DNA of 64,000 nt, taken from the IMG/VR virus record IMGVR_UViG_3300046820_002290, positions 27,973 through 91,972 of that record. One strand, 5' to 3'. The stretch's first letter is position 1; every line of letters starts with the position of its first letter. A program made the translations under genes and the position numbers. Source of the stretch: a virus. Of this stretch, positions 47,204-55,873 are shown one piece after another. Under the pieces are notes generated by a model that had not been told where the DNA came from, did no database searches, and saw nothing but the letters and a program-made list of their open reading frames with translations.

Positions 47204-48169
47204 GTGGCTTTGACTCGTGCTCAGCTCTTGAGTGGCGATGGCTCACAAGGATTTGTTCTCCCTGGACAAGTACAAGCAGTCACCGCCGGAACAGGCGTAA
47301 CAATCTCTCCCACAGGTGCTCTGTCGATTAATACGGCAGACCCGGCATTCAACGCATTTATTCGTACTAACGCCGCTGGGGCTTTTAACGGTTATGTCTG
47401 GCCCGCTGGCCCTGGCACGGTCGGTCAGCAACTAACACTGGCTGCAGGCAACGCTCTTGTGTGGAGCGACTCCGACGGCATCCCCTGGACGACCCTCGGT
47501 CAGCTTGTCGTAGGTACGGGCGTAGGCACCGACATTCTGCTTAATGCAGGGGCAGACACTGCGGTGTTGATGGCGGATTCGAGCACTGCCAGCGGCCTAG
47601 CATATAGCGACTCTGTGACGAGCGCGATGCAGGTTCCGTCAGGCACCACTCTGCAGCAGCCTGCCACTCCCTCGATCGGTCAACTTCGCTACAACACCGA
47701 CCTTGACCAGTTTGAAGGATACCTGGGCGCTGTTCCGGCGTGGGCTCCGATTGGCGGTTCTCTCAATCCGGCCACCCTCGCAGAAGCTGCCGCCGGTGTC
47801 TTAACCACCGTCTACTCTTCCCCCGAAACCGCTGTACCGAAAGATGCCTCCGGTATGACCGGTGCTGCCATCCTCCCAGCAGGTACATCCGCACAGCAAC
47901 CGGCAGCCCCGGTCGACGGGATGTTCCGTTTTAATACCACCAACGATGCGTTTGAGGGATACGGTCAGAATCTGACTTCTTGGGAACCGCTGATGCCCAC
48001 GGGTGCGGCGACCGATAAGACTGTTTACCTTAACAACCAGACAATTACAGCGAACTATACCATTCCTACGGCACCCATTATCAAGAATGGTCTTTCCGCT
48101 GGACCCATCACAATTTCCGCTGGCGTCACCGTCACAGTGCCTGCCGGTCAGGCATGGTCGATTGTTTAA
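47204..48169 (+). CDS. Fibre/adhesin connector protein
   Basis: VPKDASGMTGAAILP..G..RFNT module shared with the next three adhesins; C-term ITANYTI..NGLSAGPITISAGVTVTVPAGQAWSIV. Confidence 0.7.
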   Translation: MALTRAQLLSGDGSQGFVLPGQVQAVTAGTGVTISPTGALSINTADPAFNAFIRTNAAGAFNGYVWPAGPGTVGQQLTLAAGNALVWSDSDGIPWTTLGQLVVGTGVGTDILLNAGADTAVLMADSSTASGLAYSDSVTSAMQVPSGTTLQQPATPSIGQLRYNTDLDQFEGYLGAVPAWAPIGGSLNPATLAEAAAGVLTTVYSSPETAVPKDASGMTGAAILPAGTSAQQPAAPVDGMFRFNTTNDAFEGYGQNLTSWEPLMPTGAATDKTVYLNNQTITANYTIPTAPIIKNGLSAGPITISAGVTVTVPAGQAWSIV

Positions 48170-48187
48170 TCCCGTCTTTACCTGAAC

Positions 48188-49588
48188 ATGGCTACTCTTC
48201 AAGTTACAAATTTACAGAATACGGCGGCGACCGTTACCAACGTATCCCTACTCGCTGACGGGACGACAACCCTGGTTCTTAACTCGACGGGAACCGCACG
48301 CACTGGCGGCATCCGCTACAATGCAGGCAGCCTGGAAGTTTACACTTCCGGTGGAGTCTGGGCGCCTATCGGTGGTGGTGGAGGTGGCGTTAGCAGTGTG
48401 ACTGCTTCAGCCCCCCTGGTCTCCAGCGGCGGCGCAACCCCGAATGTTACTGCAACTCTGGCTACTGCAGCTCAGGCGGCGGCTGGAACTAGCAACGTGG
48501 TTCTTTCCACGCCCGAGTTTTCAGTGCCGAAGGATGCTTCCGGCATGACTGGTGCGGCAATCTTACCGTCAGGAACTGACCTGCAACGTGCTGCGATTGC
48601 CAGCCCTGTGGTCGGTATGACCCGCTTTAACACCGATAGCGGGTATGAGGAGGTTTATACCGGAGCAACTAAGGGTTGGCGCTCACTGGATTTCCTATAC
48701 GTCCCTGACCCTTTACCGGCGGACTTAACTATCTCCGCAAACACTACTCTGTCCGGGGTTATTAACTGTAATAACTTCACAGTAAACGCTGGCGTTACTC
48801 TTACAGTTGGTAGCCAGTCCCTCATCATTTATTGCGCCGGTACTGCTACGATTAACGGCACCGTAAATGCAAATGGTGCAGGACCGGTTGGAGGACCTCC
48901 AACTTTCAATAGCGTTTCTTCTGGCTCACTAACTGTAAATGGAGCGTACGGGGTTGGTCCGGGGCAAAGCCGAAGAACTTACAACCCTAGTGACTTTTTA
49001 CCGGGGTCGGGGGGTAATTCTGCCGGTCTTGAGCTAGGGGGCGGTTTTGGAGCGGGTTCAGGAGGTACGAACGGAGGAGGCACCGGTGGTGGAGGATTTG
49101 TCGTCCGGGCTGCCGGCAATATTACCGTATCCGCAACTGGGGTCATTACGGCAAATGGGACTAGCGGGGGTTCAACCGTCGGCGGAAGTAGCGGTTTTTA
49201 CGTAATTCCAGGATCTGGTGGCGGGTCTGGGGGAGCTGTAATCCTGCATTCTGACAAAAACATCACAATGGCGGGATCCATCTCCGTTCAAGGCGGTAGT
49301 GGAGGTGCTGGAACAACAACTTATTCTTCCAACCCTGCCGTAGGAGGTGGAGGTGGAGGTGGAGGTGGTTTTATCATCCTACAAGCTGGCGGAACGCTCT
49401 CAAACACGGGGACTACCTCCCTCACCGGTGGCGGTGGCGGGACCACAAATAATATTGCAACAGGATTTGGTTTGTCTGGCTCCCCAGGAGCCTCGTACGG
49501 GGGTGCCGGGGGCGGCGGTGGTGGATCTGGCGTAAACGCCACAGCGGGTGCAGCCGGTCAATACCTTACTTCCGGAAGTCCTTTTTAA
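48188..49588 (+). CDS. Glycine-rich adhesin (cassette 1)
   Basis: Conserved N-term followed by many polyglycine runs, reminiscent of T-even gp38-type adhesins. Confidence 0.65.
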   Translation: MATLQVTNLQNTAATVTNVSLLADGTTTLVLNSTGTARTGGIRYNAGSLEVYTSGGVWAPIGGGGGGVSSVTASAPLVSSGGATPNVTATLATAAQAAAGTSNVVLSTPEFSVPKDASGMTGAAILPSGTDLQRAAIASPVVGMTRFNTDSGYEEVYTGATKGWRSLDFLYVPDPLPADLTISANTTLSGVINCNNFTVNAGVTLTVGSQSLIIYCAGTATINGTVNANGAGPVGGPPTFNSVSSGSLTVNGAYGVGPGQSRRTYNPSDFLPGSGGNSAGLELGGGFGAGSGGTNGGGTGGGGFVVRAAGNITVSATGVITANGTSGGSTVGGSSGFYVIPGSGGGSGGAVILHSDKNITMAGSISVQGGSGGAGTTTYSSNPAVGGGGGGGGGFIILQAGGTLSNTGTTSLTGGGGGTTNNIATGFGLSGSPGASYGGAGGGGGGSGVNATAGAAGQYLTSGSPF

Positions 49589-49591
49589 GCC

Positions 49592-50389
49592 ATGAAATTA
49601 CTCATCCTCTTTAATAATCAACCGCTGATCTATGATGTTGAAAGCAGCGAAACAACTCAAGAAATTTTATCATCATTAGGCGTCAGTGATCCCTCCTTGT
49701 ACCAGGAGTTTTCAGAATCTGATTTTGATCCCGCCTGTTACAGTTTTGTTTCAGCATTCTCCCTAGCCGAAGGTGTAGTTTCCTTCAATCTGCCGGACGC
49801 CAAGGTTCAAGCTAGCAACACCGTCAAAGTCCAGCATGCCGCAACCGAGCAAGCCGTAACCGCAGGTTACTCCGACACCGTTATCGCATCTCAATCCGGC
49901 CTCCCCGAAGGTGACCGTTTGCCAGAGATTCAGGCTGTTATCAGCGAAGTTAACTTCCTCGCCTACCAACTCTCGGACAACCTCGCCAAAATCGACGCTG
50001 CTACCGACGTAGAAACCGTTTACAACATTGTACAACAGCCTTCTGGCATCATTAATACCGGTCGTGGCGGTGACGGTCAGGCTGGTCCTTTGGATCTCAA
50101 CCTGTCGTACTTCCCCGAACTTAACGATATGCCTGGCTACACTCAGGCTGATCTCGAGTTGTTTATCCCTGGCACCAACACCGTAATCCCCTACGACCCC
50201 GAGCTTCCGGCACCTTACACCTTTGATTCTGCGGGTAACTGCTTTAAGAACAACGACTGGCGCCTAGTCATTCGTTACGCTGGTGGCGGAGCTGTGTTGC
50301 GGACCATCACGGTTGAGGAAGGTAATAACCAGGACGTGGCATGGACTTATAACCCTGCTATTCCCGGTGGTGGTTCACATTCGGCCTAA
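49592..50389 (+). CDS. Putative fibre assembly chaperone (cassette 1)
   Basis: GVSDPSLYQEFSESDFDPACY..AFSL..GVVSFNL, paralogous to 51947; follows an adhesin. Confidence 0.55.
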   Translation: MKLLILFNNQPLIYDVESSETTQEILSSLGVSDPSLYQEFSESDFDPACYSFVSAFSLAEGVVSFNLPDAKVQASNTVKVQHAATEQAVTAGYSDTVIASQSGLPEGDRLPEIQAVISEVNFLAYQLSDNLAKIDAATDVETVYNIVQQPSGIINTGRGGDGQAGPLDLNLSYFPELNDMPGYTQADLELFIPGTNTVIPYDPELPAPYTFDSAGNCFKNNDWRLVIRYAGGGAVLRTITVEEGNNQDVAWTYNPAIPGGGSHSA

Positions 50390-50390
50390 G

Positions 50391-50548
50391 TGCGGTTAGC
50401 GTGTTGGGTTGCCTAACGGCAACCAGGTCGGGTGCTACGCACCCTCCCGCAATTTTCGCAAAATAGTTTCAAACATTTCTCGCACAAAATCCGAGGAGGA
50501 GTGCGCAGCACTCCGACTGGTTGCGAAGCAACCCAATCGCCCACCGCA
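50391..50548. repeat. REPIN/MITE-like inverted-repeat element made of mini-hairpins (element 1)
   Basis: Left arm GGTTGCC-TAAC-GGCAACC, GGGTGC-TAC-GCACCC; right arm GGAGTGC-GCA-GCACTCC, GGTTGC-GAA-GCAACC; arms are imperfect reverse complements. Confidence 0.8.
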
Positions 50549-50575
50549 AACCACCAGCAAACACACTCGACGGCA

Positions 50576-50583
50576 GGGTAAAA
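50576..50583 (+). promoter_or_regulatory. GGGTAAAA putative late promoter
   Basis: Exact motif, 39 nt before start. Confidence 0.7.
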
Positions 50584-50614
50584 CCAACCTAACGGTCCAA
50601 TCACGCGAAATAAA

Positions 50615-51937
50615 ATGAGCTTGCTCTCAGTATCTTCGATTTCCAACCCGAGTGCACCCCAAGCGAATATCTCGCTGAATGCAGATGGCTCGGTGACGTT
50701 GCCTGTTTATACCGGGAGCAGCGCACCGTTGCTCTTCCAGGCGGGGACTCTCTGGTACAACACCACTGGCCCCGCTCTGCAAATTCGTAACCCTGCAAAT
50801 ACCAGCTGGGTGTCTCTCACGCCTCCGGTTGCGGCGACGTTGGCCGAAGCTGCTGCGGGCACGTTGAATACGGTTTATTCCAGTCCGTTGACTTCCGTTC
50901 CGAAAGATGCGAGTGGGATGACTGGAGCGGCTTTGCTACCAACTGGAACAAATGCTCAGCGCACCGCTATTGCGACGCCAGTCGCAGGCATGACTCGTTT
51001 CAACACGGATTACACTCCGGATTCGCTCGAGGTTTACAACGGCACCAACTGGCGTCAAGTTGCTTACGTGCCGAATCCGACTCTGCCTGCTGACTTGACG
51101 ATTTCGGCAAATACAACTCTTACAAACTCGACTTACGTTGTTAACAATCTGACGATTGCCGCTGGCGCTACTGCAACCTTAAGTTCTCAGTCCGTGGTAT
51201 TCATTTGTTATGGCGATGTTAATATTGCTGGGACAATTAATGGTAGTGGGAGTGGTCCCACTGGTGGATTTGCCGCTGCGAGTGGCGGCACCAGTGTTAC
51301 CCCGGTAATTGGGGTCAATATTGGGTCCAAGACCCCAGGGGTTGCTCTTGGCGCTGCGTTACCTTATCAGCCTTTAACAAGTTCAACGGGATCCGGTGGA
51401 ACATCCGGGCAAGTTTTTAGCGGTGCTGGTGGCTTAGGGTTTTCTTCCGGCGGGAATGGAGGTGCGGGTATTCTTATTCGCACCTTAAAAAATGCGACAA
51501 TCACTGGCTCCTTACTTTCGACTGGAACTGCGGCGTCTACCCCAGTCGCTAATGCACCGGTAGGAGTTACAGGTGGAGGTGGAGGGTCTGGTGGCGCCGT
51601 TGTGGTCCATGCTGCCGGGTTAATTAACTTTAGTGGAGTAATTGACGTTTCTGGTGGAGCTGGCGCAGCGGGCGTCATAAATGGAGTCGGAGTCGGAATG
51701 AATGGCGGTGGTGGTGGTGGTGGTGGTTATGTTATTTTAGAGGCTGACTCTGGTTTAACAAATACTGGTACAATCACTCTGACTGGGGGAGCTGCTGGTG
51801 CAACAGCAGGAACTGTAGACGCAAACGGCGGAGGAAACGGCGGATCTTACGGGGGTAAGGGAGGACAACACTACCAAGGCCCAGGACCCACAGCAGGAAG
51901 CGCAGGCGTATTCGCAACAGCAGGAAGCCCTATCTAA
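50615..51937 (+). CDS. Glycine-rich adhesin (cassette 2)
   Basis: Paralog of 48188 (LPADLTISANTTL shared; ends GSPI vs GSPF). Confidence 0.65.
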   Translation: MSLLSVSSISNPSAPQANISLNADGSVTLPVYTGSSAPLLFQAGTLWYNTTGPALQIRNPANTSWVSLTPPVAATLAEAAAGTLNTVYSSPLTSVPKDASGMTGAALLPTGTNAQRTAIATPVAGMTRFNTDYTPDSLEVYNGTNWRQVAYVPNPTLPADLTISANTTLTNSTYVVNNLTIAAGATATLSSQSVVFICYGDVNIAGTINGSGSGPTGGFAAASGGTSVTPVIGVNIGSKTPGVALGAALPYQPLTSSTGSGGTSGQVFSGAGGLGFSSGGNGGAGILIRTLKNATITGSLLSTGTAASTPVANAPVGVTGGGGGSGGAVVVHAAGLINFSGVIDVSGGAGAAGVINGVGVGMNGGGGGGGGYVILEADSGLTNTGTITLTGGAAGATAGTVDANGGGNGGSYGGKGGQHYQGPGPTAGSAGVFATAGSPI

Positions 51938-51946
51938 TTTCGAGCT

Positions 51947-52408
51947 ATGCAAAAAGTTATTGTCATCTACAACGGGGCTTCTCAAGTTTGTCCCCTGCTC
52001 TCCGAGCAAACAGCGGAGTCAATCGCTGCCAGCTATGGCGTTACCGACCCTGCTCTTTACAAAGAGTTTGCTGAATCGGATTTTGATACCGCCTGCTACG
52101 GGTGGTCCAATGCTTTCACCCTTACTAACGGGGTGGTTAGTTTTGATCTGAACAAAGCAAAACAACTTGCGGAAGCAATTGTTAATCTCCAAAGTAACGA
52201 AAAAGCCAAGGAAATTCTGGCCGGTCTCAGCTACGACGTTTATATCGCTCAGTGCTCCCTCCCTAAAGAGCAACGAATCGCAAAGTATCAAGCTGCCATT
52301 AACGCTAATAATGCTCTCGCCATTGAGACCGAAAATCGCGAACAGGCTATTTACGCCGCTAGCACCATCCAAGAAGTGAATGCGATTGTGTATCCGCCGA
52401 AGGACTAA
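51947..52408 (+). CDS. Putative fibre assembly chaperone (cassette 2)
   Basis: Paralog of the 49592 N-terminal region. Confidence 0.55.
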   Translation: MQKVIVIYNGASQVCPLLSEQTAESIAASYGVTDPALYKEFAESDFDTACYGWSNAFTLTNGVVSFDLNKAKQLAEAIVNLQSNEKAKEILAGLSYDVYIAQCSLPKEQRIAKYQAAINANNALAIETENREQAIYAASTIQEVNAIVYPPKD

Positions 52409-52432
52409 TCGCCAACGGCAATAACCGCAACA

Positions 52433-52440
52433 GGGTAAAA
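52433..52440 (+). promoter_or_regulatory. GGGTAAAA putative late promoter
   Basis: Exact motif; context CAGGGTAAAACCAnCCTAACGGTCCAA shared with 50576. Confidence 0.7.
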
Positions 52441-52471
52441 CCACCCTAACGGTCCAAATCTCTATATCCCA

Positions 52472-53428
52472 ATGAGCACTCTCTCAGTCTCTCAGATTCA
52501 GAATACGGCGAGCCCTACGACGAATATCGTCGTGAATGCCGACGGCTCCGTCACGCTCGGTTTGTATCGAACGACTGGCGTTGCGCCAGCGCCGGTCCAA
52601 ACTGGAACCTTGTGGTATGACGTTGGCGGCGCCGGTCTGGTAATCTGGGACGGTGCTGCTTGGGTGAGTGCAGGCGGTGCCGTTAGTAGCGTGTCTGGCA
52701 CAGCCCCGATTGTTTCTTCAGGTGGCGCCAACCCTGTAATTTCGGCAACCTTGGCCACGGCGGCGCAGGCTGCGGCGGGGACGAGCAATGTAGTGCTTTC
52801 TACGCCCGCGTTCAGCGTGCCGAAGGATGCGGCGACAATGACTGGGGCTGCGATTCTACCTGCGGGAACGGACGCACAGCGTGCTGCGATTGCCAGCCCT
52901 GTTGCCGGGATGCAACGGTTTAACACCACGCAAAACTCGATGGAGTATTACGACGGGACTAACTGGCGTGGTCCTTATGAGTATATCCAATCGGCAGGTT
53001 GGTTTGGGGGGAGCCCTGGGGCGATCGCGCAGCAGTTTGTTACCAGCAACACGGAAGCAACTTTCAACCTTAACGCAATTACATTAACCCCAGGAACCTG
53101 GTTAGTAGCTCTAAATTTTTATGCTCAGTGCAGCCCGAATAATCCGGCCGGAGTGTTCTCAATCAACGTAACTTTCCCTTACGCTGCTACCGGTGGGCTT
53201 GCAGATCCTAACATTATCTGGTGCTCCAAACCGGATGGACCGTTTTTCAGGTCAATATTGACCAGTGCCACCCCCTATGAGCTCGACACAGTAATAGCAA
53301 TGAAAGTGGGCCCAGGAAACGTGACCCTGAATCAAATCAAAGGAAGTTGGGGCGATCTGGGATCTTCAGGCGCTGGCCCGCACGACCTTAAGATCAATGC
53401 CTGGTTCACCGCAATGCGAATTGACTGA
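52472..53428 (+). CDS. Adhesin/fibre tip protein (cassette 3)
   Basis: N-terminal half shared with 48188/50615; unrelated C-terminal domain. Confidence 0.65.
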   Translation: MSTLSVSQIQNTASPTTNIVVNADGSVTLGLYRTTGVAPAPVQTGTLWYDVGGAGLVIWDGAAWVSAGGAVSSVSGTAPIVSSGGANPVISATLATAAQAAAGTSNVVLSTPAFSVPKDAATMTGAAILPAGTDAQRAAIASPVAGMQRFNTTQNSMEYYDGTNWRGPYEYIQSAGWFGGSPGAIAQQFVTSNTEATFNLNAITLTPGTWLVALNFYAQCSPNNPAGVFSINVTFPYAATGGLADPNIIWCSKPDGPFFRSILTSATPYELDTVIAMKVGPGNVTLNQIKGSWGDLGSSGAGPHDLKINAWFTAMRID

Positions 53429-53437
53429 TTTAACACC

Positions 53438-53686
53438 ATGAATTACGTAAAAGCTCCTACACCCGGTCGAGTCGTTCGTTACCGTGGTGAGTCCCTGTCT
53501 GACCCCGACTGGTTTGCAGAGGATGTTTCCGCCGATGAGTACGAAGGCGATTACGAATCCCTTGAGAACTACGATGCTCCGGGCAAGCCCTGGGACCCGA
53601 CCCGTTTCCCCAAGCCAACTGCCGCAGAGAAGTTGGCCGCAGCTGGTCTTACAGTAGACGAGCTCAAAGAATTGCTCGGTCTCTGA
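53438..53686 (+). CDS. Small fibre partner/chaperone (cassette 3)
   Basis: Ends AAEKLAAAGLTVDELKELLGL, a tail typical of small phage fibre-adjacent proteins. Confidence 0.55.
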   Translation: MNYVKAPTPGRVVRYRGESLSDPDWFAEDVSADEYEGDYESLENYDAPGKPWDPTRFPKPTAAEKLAAAGLTVDELKELLGL

Positions 53687-53699
53687 TTACTGTTAGCGT

Positions 53700-53903
53700 C
53701 TTCTGTTTGCTTCGCAAACGGTCGGCGCTTCGCGCCTCCGCGAATCTTGCCTCTGGCTCCGGCCAGGGGCTTTTTGCTATCTGCCAAAAATCGCGGGAGG
53801 GTGCGAAGCACCCGACCTGGTTTGCGTAGCAAACCCAACACGCCACCACCCTTATGTTGCCTTGAGGCAACCTATAACGCCTTTGGGTTGCCTTGAGGCA
53901 ACC
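53700..53903. repeat. REPIN/MITE-like mini-hairpin element (element 2) plus two GTTGCCTTGAGGCAAC palindromes
   Basis: GTTTGC-TTC-GCAAAC, GGCGC-TTC-GCGCC ... GGGTGC-GAA-GCACCC, GGTTTGC-GTA-GCAAACC; 53786-53843 is a near reverse complement of 50399-50456. Confidence 0.8.
53749..53775 (+). terminator. Rho-independent terminator inside element 2
   Basis: GCCTCTGGC-TCCG-GCCAGGGGC-TTTTT. Confidence 0.75.
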
Positions 53904-53912
53904 TTAGCCCCA

Positions 53913-53920
53913 GGGTAAAA
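53913..53920 (+). promoter_or_regulatory. GGGTAAAA putative late promoter
   Basis: Exact motif, 33 nt before start. Confidence 0.7.
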
Positions 53921-53945
53921 CCTTCCTAACAGACCCCGCCGCAAT

Positions 53946-55004
53946 ATGCCCCTCCTTACCTTCCCAGTGCCAGCCTCTGACGGCCAACTGTATCCGGCAA
54001 CGCCTTTACCTGGCGAGAATCAGTACCAGTACGACGGACCGAACCAAACTTGGCGCTTGCTGGGAACGGCCACTGGTGTAAGCGCAGGGACTTACGGAAA
54101 CGCCAGCAACGTCGGTCAATTCACGGTAGATGCCACAGGGCGGATTACATCCGCGCAGAATGTTGCCATTGCAAGCGGTGGTATCGGTACAGTAACGCAA
54201 GTTGATACGGGGCTCGGGCTGATTGGTGGCCCAATAACAACCACTGGTATTATTTCCGCATTGCAGGCAACCCCTGTAAGCGAGGGAATCGTATTTGGAT
54301 ATACTGACGGGATATCTGTTTCGTTGGGGGTGAATGCTCTACTTAGTATTTCCGGGGGAATAAACAACACGGCCATCGGCAATGACTCGTTGCTTAACAA
54401 TGGGTCCGGCAACAACAACACTGCAGTAGGAGCATCTGCTCTCTGCGCAAATACGGGGGGATCTCTAAACACCGCCGTTGGCGTAAGCTCTCTGAAGAAT
54501 TCCTCTGGAACCCTAAACACGGCAACAGGGTTCGGTGCCTTAATTAATAGCACTATCGGATCAAACAATGCTGGTTTCGGTGCTGATGCTGGTTTCCGAT
54601 TGACGACGGGAGCCTGCGACACCGCACTCGGGACTTACTCCCTGTTTAACACAACGACTGGAAGTCAAAATGTAGGCGTTGGCTATAGCGCGGGATGCAA
54701 CATTACGACTGGTTCTCAAAATGTTGCGATTGGCCCCAACGTTACGGTTGCTTCGGCAACGGGAAACTGCCAACTTGCCATCGGTTTCTCCGCTACTGAC
54801 AACTGGCTGACTGGGGATAGTACCAAGGCGATTAAACCCGGTGCGGGTATCCTGGACTGCACAAACTCTACCGGAGCGGCAGGACAAGTGCTCATGTCCG
54901 ATGGCGCCAACGCAGTTTGCTGGAGTGGCGGGGTCACAGGCATCTACACGTTTGGTACTTGCACAGTTGTCATTACGAATGGTATTATTACCTCGGTGAC
55001 TTGA
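53946..55004 (+). CDS. Short fibre protein with NTAxG beta-roll repeats
   Basis: NWLTGDSTKAIKPGAGILDC shared with the 35959 fibre. Confidence 0.75.
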   Translation: MPLLTFPVPASDGQLYPATPLPGENQYQYDGPNQTWRLLGTATGVSAGTYGNASNVGQFTVDATGRITSAQNVAIASGGIGTVTQVDTGLGLIGGPITTTGIISALQATPVSEGIVFGYTDGISVSLGVNALLSISGGINNTAIGNDSLLNNGSGNNNTAVGASALCANTGGSLNTAVGVSSLKNSSGTLNTATGFGALINSTIGSNNAGFGADAGFRLTTGACDTALGTYSLFNTTTGSQNVGVGYSAGCNITTGSQNVAIGPNVTVASATGNCQLAIGFSATDNWLTGDSTKAIKPGAGILDCTNSTGAAGQVLMSDGANAVCWSGGVTGIYTFGTCTVVITNGIITSVT

Positions 55005-55061
55005 TAAGGATCCTGTCGCTTGGCAGGTGCTGTTAGTTGTCTTCCTCATTACAGAGAAAAA

Positions 55062-55817
55062 CTAGAAGTCAAGTGACATGCAATCAGGGTCATCAGATTT
55101 GAACGACCCTAGCAATTCGGGCGGTGTGCAGTAATCTCCAGCACCTTTGCTTCGGTTTGCAGATGCCAACGTGAGGGAGTAGCGGGCTTTGGCCATGTGC
55201 CATGCCACCCACTCCTGCCACAGTTGGCTATCAGTGAAGACCTTTGCGGTGGGTGGTCCTTTCAAAGTAATATCCGTATATTTCAAACCTTTTTCCGAAA
55301 GGAAGCAATCGGCAATTTCGGAGAAGGTCATTCCGACGTGATCAACATCTGTTTTCTGCCCGGGGATGATCTTCTTGCCAGATATGCTGCAGATTAGCGG
55401 TAATTGGCACGAATCCCGGAAAGCCCGCAACTGATATGTTACGGCAAACCTCATCGCAACCCGCACGTTATTGAAATGTTTCTGCTCAGGCGTCGCCGTT
55501 GTAGCAATTTTCTTAGTGGGGTATAATGCTGACACCAACTTGGCTTTGGGAATTGGCTGCTGGCTGCCACCTCGCTCCAACGATAACATTTTCACCTTCC
55601 TACCTCCCGCAATTTCAAGATTGCGTAGATATACCAAGGTCTCGGAATCGTTCGCAAGCTTCCCCCACTGGTCAGTAAGGCGGCAACAACGCAAGACAAA
55701 ATCGCGGGCTTCGCCAATAAGCCTGGAGTTGGCCCTGTGGTTCGTGATAATGCGCCCAAGCTTCTGATTAAACTCTGTTTTTGTTAATCCGAAAGTATCT
55801 TTCCCAAGGGTTGACAT
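55062..55817 (-). CDS. Basic protein with HNH-like C-terminal motif (possible nuclease)
   Basis: Only convincing minus-strand gene; CSISG...DVDH..TFSEIADCFL...W..WH...ANRSKG. Confidence 0.5.
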   Translation of the reverse strand: MSTLGKDTFGLTKTEFNQKLGRIITNHRANSRLIGEARDFVLRCCRLTDQWGKLANDSETLVYLRNLEIAGGRKVKMLSLERGGSQQPIPKAKLVSALYPTKKIATTATPEQKHFNNVRVAMRFAVTYQLRAFRDSCQLPLICSISGKKIIPGQKTDVDHVGMTFSEIADCFLSEKGLKYTDITLKGPPTAKVFTDSQLWQEWVAWHMAKARYSLTLASANRSKGAGDYCTPPELLGSFKSDDPDCMSLDF

Positions 55818-55844
55818 GGTAGTAGGTTATAAATAATATGTAAA

Positions 55845-55852
55845 ATTTACCC
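55845..55852 (-). promoter_or_regulatory. GGGTAAAT variant on minus strand
   Basis: 35 nt before the ATG of the only minus-strand gene. Confidence 0.45.
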
Positions 55853-55873
55853 GTGCCCCCAGCCAACTATACT
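55846..55873 (+). promoter_or_regulatory. Putative sigma70/early-type promoter
   Basis: TTTACC-N16-TATACT at the head of the DNA-metabolism block. Confidence 0.5.

Noticed and set aside
50409-50618. ORFs 50409..50618 (+) and 53664..53870 (-) sharing NQVGC(Y/F)APSR
   Set aside because: Similarity results from translating the inverted non-coding repeat; conservation follows hairpin pairing, not codons.
48380-52930. Diversity-generating retroelement (TR/VR) among duplicated adhesin segments
   Set aside because: Differences are mainly synonymous and affect all bases, not only adenines; both copies are coding; no reverse transcriptase in the window.
53021-53028. HIP1 octamer GCGATCGC as evidence of a cyanobacterial host
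   Set aside because: Only one copy noticed, which is compatible with chance.
50391-53903. CRISPR array or tRNA genes in the hairpin elements
   Set aside because: No regularly spaced direct repeats with unique spacers, no cas genes, no cloverleaf or T-loop consensus.
55012-55027. Hairpin CCTGTC-GCTT-GGCAGG between convergent genes as a terminator
   Set aside because: Short stem with no adjacent U-tract on either strand; too weak to call.
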